DNA from: Antedon mediterranea
Lineage: Eukaryota > Animalia > Echinodermata
Length of the DNA: 64,000 nt
Direction of reading: 5' to 3'
Assembly (NCBI RefSeq): GCF_964355755.1
Contig: NC_092670.1
Span: forward strand, 1,974,201 to 2,038,200
Shown: positions 46,157-61,214 of the stretch, in pieces
Numbering within the stretch: the first letter of the stretch is position 1
Layout of the letters: each line of letters opens with the position of its first letter
Position numbers and translations under genes: made by a program
Notes under the pieces: generated by a model
Told to the model about the DNA's origin: nothing
What the model saw: the letters and a program-made list of their open reading frames with translations, nothing else
Database searches by the model: none

Positions 46157-49100
46157 ATGGCAGAAGTACCGAGCTTAAGTGAGCGTTACAAAGCTGCTAT
46201 GGTTCTGAGTGGCGTTGGAGATGCTGTTGGCTACAGGAGTGGTAGCTGGGAATTTAACTTTGTAGGAGCTGATATTTACAAAGAGTTAAAAGCGCTTGGT
46301 GGTTTGAAAAAGCTTAAAATTAACAGTAAGTATTAATTATAGCCTAAGTAATAATAATAATGATAATGTCTTGGGTTAATAATAATAATGATAATGTCTT
46401 GGGTAACTTTTGTATAGATATTTTGTACTTTTTTAATCTTCACGTTGTTTTTGATGTTGTAATTTTGTATTTTATTGTTGATTGATTTTGTTTTGCTGGA
46501 GACCCACTTGATAGTTTGATTTAGTTCACTTTTGGGAATCCTGTCTCTCTCTATGGTTTGTTATTTTTTTGTTATAATTATGTGAGACGAAATAAATGAA
46601 ATGAAATGAAATGAAATGAAAAGTACTTGTGCTTAAAGATGTATTGTCCCTTTGACTTATTCTAAAAAAATATATTAAAAAATATTTCAAAAAAAAGTGG
46701 GTCATTTTGAAGTATCATAATAGTTATTAACTTTCACCAAACATTAGTCGAAAAAAAATCATTTAATTGAAATACAGACATTTTTTTGTTCAAAAAATAA
46801 CTTTGACTTCCAGTCAAAGTTTTCGATCAAAACATATCCCATAATGAAACGCACTTGTTTGGCTACTATGCATAATAATAAAACTTACTCGCGATCTGTC
46901 TGAAAACACCTTCTCAACCGTGACGAGTTGTAAACAATCCTAATTAGCATCATGCATAATGCATACTCGTGGTTTGAAATCTTTGTTTACTTTCGCTTGC
47001 GATGATTTTCCAGACGAAATGTAATTAAATTAATTTACCTGTTAATTACGTAAATTTGTTGTTTTTGGATCGAATTTTCGACTTAAAGTGAATAACTTTA
47101 ATGTTACTTTGATATGGCCAATTTAAATTTAGAATATTTTGACCTTCATTTTTGTGTTTCAAGGACAATACATCTTTAATATAAGTCCTCTCAGATCTGG
47201 TATATGAACCTTTGTACAAGAATATATTTAGTGCAAATCAACGTGGTACCAATACATAGCCTACACCGACTACACATTCTATTTTTGCTTGATATTGGGC
47301 TGTAGAGTGTAAAAGTACTGTAGTATTAATTCAAGGCAAATAGGTATCTGTATATAAATTTGTTTTTTTGCTCATTTGAGAAATAATGAATTAAATACTT
47401 CACTTACTTTACTTCTTTCAACGTTCAGAAAATAAATATTGACAAACATTTTTGTTATCTAGAGAAAGATTGGCCAGTGAGTGATGATACTGTTCTCCAC
47501 CTTGCAACTGGTGAAGGTAAATTTTAAAACATTTAATAAAAAATAAAAATATTTTGTATCTTTTGAGGGTTTAGGCCAACAAGGACAAGGCCGTCAAAAG
47601 CCTTAGTTTCAATAATGGGTTCAATGCAGTAGTTCTAACCAGGTTAATTCTATAATCTTTATATAATATTAATTTCTTCATGTATACAGTTATTTCAGTC
47701 AAATATTGTTCTCACCTACTTTAGTAATTTTTATTTTATTAGTTTTGTAGACCTACCATTGTATTTCTATGGATATACGAAATAAAGAAAAATTAATGAA
47801 AACCATCCATTGATCTACGGTATGTCCCAGAAATGATAATTTTGTTTCAAATCTGTGTTCTTTCTTAGCTCTTGCAAGTGGATTGGAGGTTGGAGAAAAG
47901 TTATTTTTGGAAATAGCGTTTCATTATGTCAGAGGTATGAGAGACATGAGTGGTCGTGCACCAGGTATGCTTTCATAATAACTTTTGTTCTCTGTGAAAA
48001 ATATTTAATTTTTACTGAAATCGAAAATTTGATTAAATACTTTAAAAAACATTTAAAATGGTGAACATTTAGACTTGCCCCAAATCTCTAGTTTTTTAAT
48101 ATGTTGTTAATATTCTTTGTATTCCCAAGCTCAACCATACATATGACACGCCATGTGTGCCTAACTGAATTTCCATCTAGAACCAACATTAGCTAATGTG
48201 AATATCTATATCTTAAATAATTCTCAACAACAACATACACACATACTAAAAGTATTAGCATGGTGTAGACATTGATACAAGTTATTTTATTTGATTATAG
48301 GAGGTACAACACAACGCAGTGTTAGCATTCTAAGTACTAAGCAACCAAAGACTCACATAATTCCATTTAATAAAAGGTAAACAAAAGTTTTGAATGTCAC
48401 TAAAATAGATTTATCATTTTTTATAAAAGATCTGCTTTGTATAGAATAACATTTATACAATTTGCTTCTATTATTAGGGGAGGAGGATGTGGGGCAGCAA
48501 TGCGTGCCATGTGCATCGGGCTTCGGTACCCAGAACCTGACCAACTTTCTGAACTGATATCTGTTGCCGTCGAGAGTGGACGTATGACTCACAATGTACC
48601 TGTAGGCTATCTGGGCTCGGTTGCTTGTGCGTTGTTTACTTCATATGCCATCCAGGCAAAGCAGATTAATGAGTGGGGGTGTGGGTTGATGGCTGTTATA
48701 CCCAAGGTTTTGGAATATGTTGTTGAAGTTGGTCGTGATGTGAAACAAAATAAAGATCATTGGTGAGTTTCTTATTCTTATAATAATTAAAGTATTGCTG
48801 TAGTGTGTGTGATCTAGTGCAGGCTTAAGCATTAGTATGGTCTTACTATTAATGAGGTCTTGTAGTTTTAGTGTAGTCTTAAGTGAAACATTGAGAGCTT
48901 GCTTATATGCACTATATAAGAATGAACTATTATTATTATTAGTGTGGTCTTACTAAGTTTTAATGTTGTCTTAAGTATTACTGTAGTATGTGTGGTCTTA
49001 AGTACACTATTAATGTTGTCTTAAGTATTACTGTAGTATGTGTGGTCTTAAGTACACTATTAATGTTGTCTTAAGTATTACTGTAGTATGTGTGGTCTTA

Positions 49101-49860
49101 CTAAGTTTTAATGTTGTCTTAAGTATTACTGTAGTATGTGTGGTCTTAAGTACACTATTAATGTTGTCTTAAGTATTACTGTAGTATGTGTGGTCTTAAG
49201 TACACTATTAATGTTGTCTTAAGTATTACTGTAGTATGTGTGGGTCTTACTAAGTTTTAATGTTGTCTTAAGTATTACTGTAGTATGTGTGGTCTTAAGT
49301 AAACTATTAATGTTGTCTTAAGTATTACTGTAGTATGTGTGGTCTTAAGCAGGTATGAAAGAGTATATACAGTATGTTTTTATTTTTCAGGTGGGAACAT
49401 TTTTTTGTTGTTAATTTGTTTGTTCTATTGTTAATTCAGGTCCTATTTTGTGGATAAATGGAAGGGTTATCTAGAGACACGTGGTATAGCAGACGGAACA
49501 AGCCTTCCTGCATTCCCCAAAGAATTTGGATTTACAGAACGAGATCAATTTTACAAATCACTGAGTCATTCTGGATGGGGCGGATCAAGTGGGCATGATG
49601 CACCCATGATTGCCTATGATGCACTCCTTGGAGCAGGTGCATCGTGGGAAGAGCTTTGCCACCGAGGCATGATCCACGGTGGTGATAGTGATTCGACAGG
49701 TGTCATGGCTGCATGCTGGTGGGGCGCCATCTATGGGATGGATGATGTACCAGCAAATCTGTACGAGAAATTGGAATACAGAGAACGATTGGAGAAAGTA
49801 GCCAAACAGTTGTATGATCTGAGTCACACGAAAGAACAAAAAACCGTAGACAGTAAATAA
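46157..49860 (+). CDS. ADPRH: ADP-ribosylarginine hydrolase (ARH1); 6 coding exons
   Basis: Exons: 46157-46325 ([19 protein letters not shown]), 47463-47516 (WPVSDDT), 47869-47964 (DMSGRAP), 48301-48376, 48478-48762 ([25 protein letters not shown]), 49440-49860 ([19 protein letters not shown]; HGGDSDSTG). Confidence 0.93.
46637..47175. mobile_element. Kolobok-like MITE with intact TTAA TSD
   Basis: TTAA|agatgtattgtcc ... ggacaatacatct|TTAA, a perfect 13-bp TIR with purine-purine termini. Confidence 0.85.
48940..49350. repeat. 48-50-bp minisatellite, ~8 copies, in an ADPRH intron
   Basis: The unit taatgttgtcttaagtattactgtagtatgtgtggtcttaagtacactat alternates with a ...ggtcttactaagttt variant. 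Confidence 0.9.
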
Positions 49861-50636
49861 CGACAGCCCTCTTGGGTGTTGGCGTTCAACTGCACATTCT
49901 AACTGTTTCTACTAATAAGATGTTCCCTCTATCATGCAATATGTGTGGAGCATCTGGGACATTCAAATTCTGGATATTCAACTTAATTATATTAAGTTTT
50001 TTTTTTTTTAACCATATTGTGTATTTTTTATCACATCAATTTTTAATTATGATACATTTTTCGGCCATTTTTGAAAGTTGTATTATTATTTTATTGTAGT
50101 ACACAGATTCTAATATATTTTTGTAGTTTGTAGAATATGGTTTTATTTTTAAAAAGGGATATAATAGTATTACAGCCACTGAATGTATATGGTTTAAAAA
50201 ATGGAGAGATTTCTCAAAATGTACTGCGGTATGGTATAGTATAAAAGAGTATTAATGTATTACAAAAGGAAACAATATATGAAAACAATATGTTTTATTG
50301 ATCAGAAATACTACACATTCAAACTTCAAACATTGTTTTTACGCAAAATTTTAAAAATAGTTTTATTACTTTGGTGTGTCTTAAGTTTCCTTGGTTTGTT
50401 ATGATTTCTTTGGTTTTCTTTGTTTTTTAAGCTCTGTCTACACTTCACTATCAAACTTTATGTGACAACAAAATGTGATGTGCCCATATATGGACATCAT
50501 GATGTCATATCACTACCATATTTGGGCACATCACACTTTTTTGTCAAACTGGTTTGATAGTGTAGACAGAGACTTATCCTAGAATTGTACATGATACCCT
50601 GCAATCCTTCTATTGTGTTTCCTTCGTCTAAGACAA

Positions 50637-52015
50637 TTACTTTGTTTTCTTGGACTGCTTCTCAATCATCATCTGATCCCATGCTTTCAGTACCCTTCCT
50701 CGTATTACGCAATCCTCTGCCCATCTACCTACAATAACAAACATATGCACTATTTATTAAAAGCTCTACGATTAGAATGCAACTCCTGGAGAGAAGTGAA
50801 AGGCAAAGACAAAAAGAGGATAAACAAAATAAAATGTGTATTTATAATTTATTTATACTGGGTGATTTCTTCAGTGAAAGACTGGTCTACCAGAGGACCC
50901 AGTTATGACCAGTGGCTGTGTGTATACTAGTACACTGGAGTAGCCCACTACCAGACTCAAAAGATATACTAGGCTCTTTAAAGTGCACATGAGCTAGATG
51001 TGTTTATAATCCATATCTGAGAAGACTCATTCTACCACCAGAACCATGGAGTGAGTGAGCCTCGAACCATATATTACTTACTATCCATATTTTTCTGAAC
51101 AGCAAACATTGGTGGAAATTCATTTTTTGATTTGTTATGAATATCCTGAGTGTAGGAATCCATGTTTAAACTGTTCACCTTGTTGTGCGGCACACCATTA
51201 AAGATGTCCTGCCGAAGTGCATTGCCGAGGGCGTCGTACATAGGGTCTCGTTCCGGTGCAGGTGATGATTTGCTTGACGATAATGTTGAATTTCCATCCA
51301 ATGTTAGTGAAGATTTCTCTGCCATGATTTCCAACTTTACCTTACTACAAAGTTCTTCACCGTAGGTGTGTTTAATGTTAGGCGGTATAGAGTTTGAGCT
51401 GGCATATGAACGAGCAGACGAACTTGATATCCCTCTATGTAATTGTAATCTACCAGTGTCTGAAATGCTAGAACTGTTGGATTTACCCTTATAAGTAAAC
51501 AAATTTCCTGTTGTCAACACATTCCCTGCTTGCTTGTAGCTTCCCTGTTTAATTCTAGGCCGACAACGCTCGTAGTTATAATCATACCGACTGTCCAGGC
51601 CAAGATGGTTGAACTCTGCAGCATAAGCAATGTCACCAGACTGATGCTTAACATCAGCTCTGTATGGTGAAAATGTTCCTTTTGGCTTGTTCGATTCTGG
51701 TTCAACTTCAGCAGCTGTAGATGAAAATCTAAGTGCATCCGTTTGGCGATTCTTCAAACGTCCCTCTGCAAATCTAACCTTCAAATCTTGACGTTCAATG
51801 GCCTCCTTCATAATCCGGAGTTTGTCTTCTGAAGATGGTGATCTAAAAGCTGCTGTTTTATCAACTTTTTCCTTTCGTTTATTCACTTTTTGTATTTCAT
51901 CCTCATTAATGTTTGATTCACCTTCGTTGATTTCAAACGCTGTTCCAAATAAACTTCTAGGAGCGACTGCTTCAGTTCTTTTGGATTTTAAATCTATATA
52001 TGATACGGCGGCCAT
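50637..52015 (-). CDS. TEX33: TEX33/CIMIP4-like ciliary/testis protein; 2 coding exons plus upstream non-coding exon(s)
   Basis: Exons are 52015-51082 and 50728-50637 (SRWAEDCVIRGRVLKAWDQMM...SKKTK*). The blocks SIPPNIKHTYG, YDALGNALRQDIFNG, SLNMDSYT and the terminal RW..KA resemble remembered TEX33 C-terminal motifs. An upstream donor lies at ~52524. Confidence 0.62.
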
Positions 52016-52602
52016 CTTATTAAATGACTGACACTACCTGTACCTTGTAAAAAAAAGAAGTAAAAAAAAGAAGTAAATGTCAAAGTAATAAAAAAAAATG
52101 TGTTCATAGTAATAATTGGTTAAACCATGGAGAAATAATTATTTCTCCATGGTTAAACAACATACTCAATTATAAATATTAAAAACATAATTGCATAACC
52201 TGGCTGGCACTAATAATATATAAAGCAATATAAACTGAGTATAGTAAGCTGCATGCTCACAAACCAATTATGCGTTATTTAGCTTCCCTAACTCCAAACA
52301 TATAATTTCAGAATTTGTTGTTGAAGGCGGGATAAAAACATTGTTGATCTGTATGCATGCAATGTTTGTTGCAATCTAATACACTATATTATACTTTGGT
52401 TATGAAACTTAACATTTTAAGTTTGCGGTTCAGTTAAATGATTATTAAGTTATAAATCGAAGTAGAATATCTACGTTGTTTGATTTTTATTACCGTAATT
52501 AAGGTAATAAACTTACGACTCACCTTAAGTGTTTGATATACGCCGTCGGGGTTATTGTTGTTTTTAGTCGCACAGCCAGATCCAACGTGCTTGGCTCAAG
52601 CG

Positions 52603-52616
52603 GTCGCTAAGGAAAC
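52603..52616. promoter_or_regulatory. RFX X-box-like site at the 5' end of the TEX33-like gene
   Basis: gtcgctaaggaaac resembles GTYNCY-N2-RGNAAC and lies at the start of the putative non-coding exon 1. Confidence 0.5.
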
Positions 52617-53546
52617 AAAGTGTGCCATCTATCGATACAATACTTAACAAACATATGAAACGCCAATACTGACAGAAGAAGTTATTTTTTTTTGGTAGGT
52701 AAGATAAACGTAAACAATATACCGTATAAATGAAACTATTATTTGGTTTTTATTGAATATAATGATCTTTTTAGGCTTAAAAAAAATTAAATCATAAGAG
52801 CGACATTTTAATTAGTTCTTTGGTCCTTGTGTCATTGTTAAACAATATAAAAAACGTAAAGAATGTTTGAAAAGAAACATGCCTTGAAATAGCACATCTT
52901 ATGTGAATTTATGGGAATTTAGCCTAAATATTTGTTTTAAATAAAAAGTATATTTGATAGCTTTAGGCAGCTTAGATAGTCATCTCATCTGTCTCATTGG
53001 TCTATACATTTTAAATTTGATTAGGTACACTTAAAAGAACTTATTCAGCAACAAAAAAAGAAAACGGGGGAAAAGGCATAAACTCAGATTATTACAAACT
53101 GAACTATCTGAAAAGAATTTTGAAACCGTCCCTTATAATCGGAAATTACTTGGATGATATCCACTATCGTACGTGACGCGTCTTAATATTTTCCCGCCGC
53201 GCCTCCCACGATGAAGTGACGCCCAAATCCCCACAACGAAACAGCGCGCATAGATAAAATCAAGACCAATCAGATCGCGTAAGATCTCGTACTTAATTAC
53301 CAAACATTATTTGACGTCATCATTCGTAGAAATCGAAAAAACATGCATCGTTTCATATTTCAGACGATCTGGATATAACTTCCGATCAAATTGCAATAGG
53401 CTTAATATAAAATATTTAGCAAATTGAATAAGCCAAAGTTGGCAAAGAAAAGCAAGATCTCTGTAAGCGAGAATAAATTAGTTGCTTTAAAGCACCACAC
53501 AGCATTGAAAAGTTCTAACTATTTTTACTGGTTTTCTTGAGTAGCA

Positions 53547-55555
53547 ATGCCGCGGTGTCTCAGTAGTACATTGCTAGTATTATTTGTGTGCTACATAGTG
53601 CTAAGCTGTGAAGCAAAAGGACATAGGCGTCGCCAAAGTCTGGTAAGTTAGCATGAGATAAGCTGTATACAATCACCGTAGTATTATATAGCCTACCTCA
53701 CATCCATTTAACAACAAAAAACAAACTTCTGTCCTCGCGATAATATATTTGAATGATTTTTTATTAAGTTATTCGGATGGGGAATCAAATACAGCAACGT
53801 TTCCACCAAAAAGTGTGCTTTTTTTGCTTTTTTTACAATATTTAGCCCAAGATTTCTATATGATTTGTTTTAAAGATAATTAATATGTTCTTGTGGTTTC
53901 TTTCTAAGCATCAATAAAATTTAAGTATACAGCTCAGTAGTTAAGATCGTCTTAATAATAATTAATTCATTCAGATCATTCAATCATGCTATTCCATGTA
54001 GGTCAATGGCCCAAGTACAATAATAGATAATAATTTAAGTAGTATTAACAGCAAAACAATTAGTTCTCTTTATACTTTTTTTTTCGCGAAAAGGCAAATC
54101 TTACCAGGTTGTTGATTACTTTTTTTTCGTTTTGTTGTTCATTAGTAAAATAAACTGAGATACGTAATGACACGCGCGTGCGTAAGAAAACGCTAACCAA
54201 TCAAACCTTCAGAATTTTGTTGAATACTATTGTTGTTCAAAATAATTTTGTACTTAGTGTTTTGCAATTGCATTTTAAATCACAGTCTAGAAATTCCAAA
54301 AAGGACGGAGAAGTGTGCGACAAGTTCCAGTGCGCAGATGGTACGTGCATTGAGCGTAAGTACGTTTGTGATGGATGGAAGGATTGTGACAGCGACGAAC
54401 TAACGTGCACAGGTACAGAATCAGAATTATTTTTTTAGTGAACCATGGAGACATAAGTTATTTCTCCATGAGTGAACATAGTATAGTATTCTGTTATAAA
54501 AAAAAAACACAACTTGTGTCCTCACGCCGGCCAAATTGCATATGAGTTACAAACGATAGAAAAAACAAATCGAAACACAGAGAAACGTCAGGAGTTTATT
54601 GAGGTTTTTTTTTTTAAATTTCAATTTTAAAAACACGAACAATAGGCCGACAGCTGTGAAAAAAAGGTTCTCAAAATGTACCATTGTTCGAATAACAACA
54701 ATTATGAAGGAGGTTGATACAGTAATGACTTAATACAAACCGTACTGTATAGTAATAGGAGGGTGAGGGTTAAGAATTGAGGAGCTAAACATTTAAATAG
54801 TATGAATGTTTTTTAACACCACATATAGATTACCAGTGCAGAGGGTTAGATTTCTCCAAGTTAACCGGATTCAACTGCAATCCATTATTGAACGATGACA
54901 ACAGTAACGAAGAGGAGTGTATTCCCTATTATATGTTTTGTGATGGGAAAGAACAATGTAAAAATGGCAACGATGAACTATATTGTAAGTTGGTAAATGA
55001 TAAACGACAATATAGAGTTATTTAATGAGGACTGGAAACTTGTTAAACTTTTATTTTATAAGATTTTATTTTGATAAACCAAGGCGAAATTTATTGTCTT
55101 GGATTAATGAAGAAGTAAGAAGATATACATTTTACTTTTTATGTTTGCCTTTTGCTTTTGCCTTTTAAGTTTTGAAGAATTTTATTTATTTTGTTTTGCC
55201 TCATGTCACCGCTGTGTCGGTTTTGTTTTTCTTTTGCATATGTATACTGAATAAAAAAAAAAAATATTGTAAGTAGGATATAGGTTCAATATAAAATATA
55301 TTGAACTTGAATACATGAATACCTGGTTGTATGCAACCATTACGGTAGGTCTAACCACCAAAACAGAAACAAATAAAAACATTCTCTGAACTTTGTGCTA
55401 ATTTCCGTTACTTTTCATATAAAGTTTCTTTTTGTTTCGTTTTTGAAAATGTCAGCAATCGTATCGCACGACAATCTTGTAATACTGTATTATTATTTTT
55501 CTAAACAGGTGACTACTTTGGTGAAAATGAACTGTACGATATTCTAACCAATTGA
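53547..55555 (+). CDS. Small secreted protein (~141 aa): signal peptide + two LDL-receptor class A repeats, no transmembrane segment
   Basis: Phase-consistent exons: 53547-53642 (MPRCLSSTLLVLFVCYIVLSCEAKGHRRRQSL), 54286-54412 (CDKFQCADGTCIERKYVCDGWKDCDSDELTC), 54829-54984 (C..FNC...CIPYYMFCDGKEQCKNGNDELY), 55509-55555 (CDYFGENELYDILTN*). Confidence 0.75.
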
Positions 55556-55745
55556 AGACAATGCCAAACGATTACCTAGGGGCGGATCCAGAGAGGTCAG
55601 GGGAGGGAATTCTCCGGACGCCCTCTTTAAGTAAATCACGTATAGAACATTTAATTTGTGATTAGTTGATAATAATCTAATCTAGTTAATCTAGTTATAA
55701 TCCGTTTACATCATTTTGTATTTGTCACTCAAAACCAAAAATTAA

Positions 55746-56056
55746 AGATGTATTGGCCCTCAAAAACATGAAAAATGAAGATGAATTAAATCAGACTTTG
55801 AATAGGTTATTTTGTAGAAAAAACCCGAAAAAATAATGTTTTCACCTTTTTAAATGACAAAATAAATGGTTAAATTCAAACAAAAATCCATTGGCTGGCA
55901 GCCAATTTGACTATTTTTGCTTTGAACTACAGTTTTTTTCAGGTAAATACATTTTTTTCGATCAAATTTTTGGTCAAACTGGATAATTATTATGTGACAT
56001 CAACATGGCATATTAAAAATGTTTAATAATAATTTTTTCAGGGGATACTACATCAT
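55746..56056. mobile_element. Kolobok-like MITE, third copy
   Basis: TTAA|agatgtattggccc ... ggggatactacatcat|TTAA. Internal similarity to 10999-11305 (tttcaggtaaat..tttttttcgat). Confidence 0.65.
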
Positions 56057-56478
56057 TTAAGAACTGCAAATTTGGAATTTAAAGGGTTAATTAGATTGGA
56101 AGTCTATATGGTACATTTTACAAAATCAAATTAAAGACCACCAACTAGTTTCATCTGGCTTAGAAAATTTATTCTCTATATTTTGTGTATAACCTACAGT
56201 AGTCTCTGCATGCCATTAAAGCATCACAGATATACGTCATATTACGGTGATTTTTATTATTATTATTATTATTATTATCTTTATACTGCATAGCCTCTTT
56301 TGTCAAAGACAGTTCTCCCAGAGGGCCCAGTGTATAGCATGTGATGAGTTTGTGGCTGTGTTTGTACTAGTACACCAGGGTAACCCCTACTCCTATCGAA
56401 AGATGCCTTAGAGCTGTGGTCAGCTACAAAAATATACTTTTCAAAAATTCGAATACTGTATCAATAACCTACTGCCAC

Positions 56479-59326
<2,848 letters not shown>

Positions 59327-60119
59327 TTTGTTCCTAAGAAAATAGAGTGTTTGTGATTGGTTAACATCACTCTGTATAACAATAATAAAAAAAAAATCTA
59401 TAAAAAAAAAATATAGCACCAGCAGCTGTACAGTATTCAAATGTACTTCATAGCATGTCGCACATGGCACGCACCTCAAATCAACCTACATACGTACAAC
59501 TACAATAGTATAACACAGGAAAAACACGATCTGACACATTTCTATTTGTCTGTCAAATTAAACATTCCGAAATGTAAAAAAGACACCAAACAACATACCT
59601 TGGTTGTTGTGAAAATTGTGTTGATAAAGTAATTAATAATTGTTAGGTAAGTTAACACGGCCTTGGCTTAACTTTAAACGACTATACTACTACTAGGCCT
59701 AGCCTAGGCCTACTAGCCTAGGCCTAGGCCTACTACAACAAGCTAGCTATGGCCTAAGCTAGGCCCTTCCGCCTAGAGAGTCTGTTATTGTATGGTTCAC
59801 CACTGAAAGTCGTTATTCGTAAACAACTCGAATACCTAGCTGCTAACTGGGCTGAACCGGTACGATTTCAGGATCCTTTCGTCTTTTATGGGTAGGGAGT
59901 TAGGCTGGCTACTGCTGCTAGCTAGAGAGGATCCTACAGTCACCAAATTGTGGTGGGGGATAGCTGGGGGTGGGGTTTGAGAATCGCGTGTTTTTTTTTT
60001 AAACGAATGCAACGTGTGTGGAACAGAGTCATTACAAGCATATATCACGTACGTAAACACAGTATTCGCGCGGGAATGTTTAAATTGAGGTCTTGTTGTT
60101 TAAATAGCACGATATAATA

Positions 60120-60420
60120 ATCATCATCATCCGCTATTCGTCTTGGGTAGACATTGCGTACGCTAATCGTTTCCATGACTCTCTTTCGGTGGTCTGATGG
60201 TCTGTCATTAATTTTGCGATCGATGTATTTGCTTTTTTGAGTTCTTTATTTATGTTTCCTATCCAGGTAGTTTTTGGTCTGCCCACTGGTCTTTTAACTT
60301 TTCGAATGGATTCTGTCAACGCTAATTTGGCTGGAGTGTCCATCATCGGAAGCCTTATAGATAATGTCCGGTCCATTTGTATTTTCTTTTCCTTATTATG
60401 TTTGACCATATGCACAGGCT
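60120..60420 (-). mobile_element. RTE-type LINE 3' fragment with (GAT)n tail
   Basis: The minus-strand ORF DTPAKLAL..KRPVGRPKTTWIGNINKEL...RESWKRL is followed by a gatgatgatt tail. Confidence 0.65.
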
Positions 60421-60837
60421 ATATAGCAAAATTGGAAGCAACATACAGGGAGTTGTAAAATAAGCAACTCCCTGAACATACTTTATGAAAAATAAATCAC
60501 ATCACAAATCAAACCACAAACAAAAGAAAGTACATTGTCATTATGTTTATTTGCAAATCATCCAAATCATGGCATATTATATAATTTTCCTTGATTAAAG
60601 TACATTATAGTGTATATTATTTAAGTAGGCCTACATGATATTTATTTAATGCAAGTCATGTCTTTGACAATTATACATACATTATTTTTAATTAAACATA
60701 TAGGCCTAAATAAATTTATTTTTGTTAAACCCCCTATTGAATTCTTTATGGGACCAACCATAGGTAGATAGGCCTATGGTAGGCCTACAACTAGATTTAT
60801 AAATCAAATAGGCTATGTCAAATTTCTGCAAGCATAT

Positions 60838-60905
60838 GTTTGGCTGAATGGTTATAGGAAATTCAGTATTATTATTGTTGAAGCCCCGAGTTCGACCCTT
60901 GCAGT
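60838..60905 (+). mobile_element. tRNA-derived SINE head remnant (Pol III A/B boxes)
   Basis: A-box-like tggctgaatggtta and B-box-like gagttcgaccc. No convincing cloverleaf. Confidence 0.45.
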
Positions 60906-61214
60906 GTCTTTTTTTTTATATTCACCATTATCTTCTCACCATTGCCTGTAGATTATGAGGGCTGGAGACTAAAGACTGTATTTAGCCACTTGTATTAAAT
61001 TGCAGTATAGACGTGTGACGTGCGTTCTTCCTTCCTTAAGCTCTGTCTACACTATCAAACTTTACGTAACCACAAAATGTGATAAGCCCATATATGGATA
61101 TGATGATGTCATTTCACTATTATATTTAAGCATATCACTACCATATATTTGGGCACATCACACTTTCTTTGGTCAAACTAATTTGATAGTGTAGACAGAG
61201 CTTAAGCGACTGAT

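Noticed and set aside
50431-50640. TEX33-like CDS reading into the MITE
   Set aside because: Re-translation shows a stop at 50639-50637, before the MITE.
60838-60905. tRNA gene
   Set aside because: A/B-box-like motifs are present, but the acceptor and anticodon stems do not pair. It is better explained as a SINE head.
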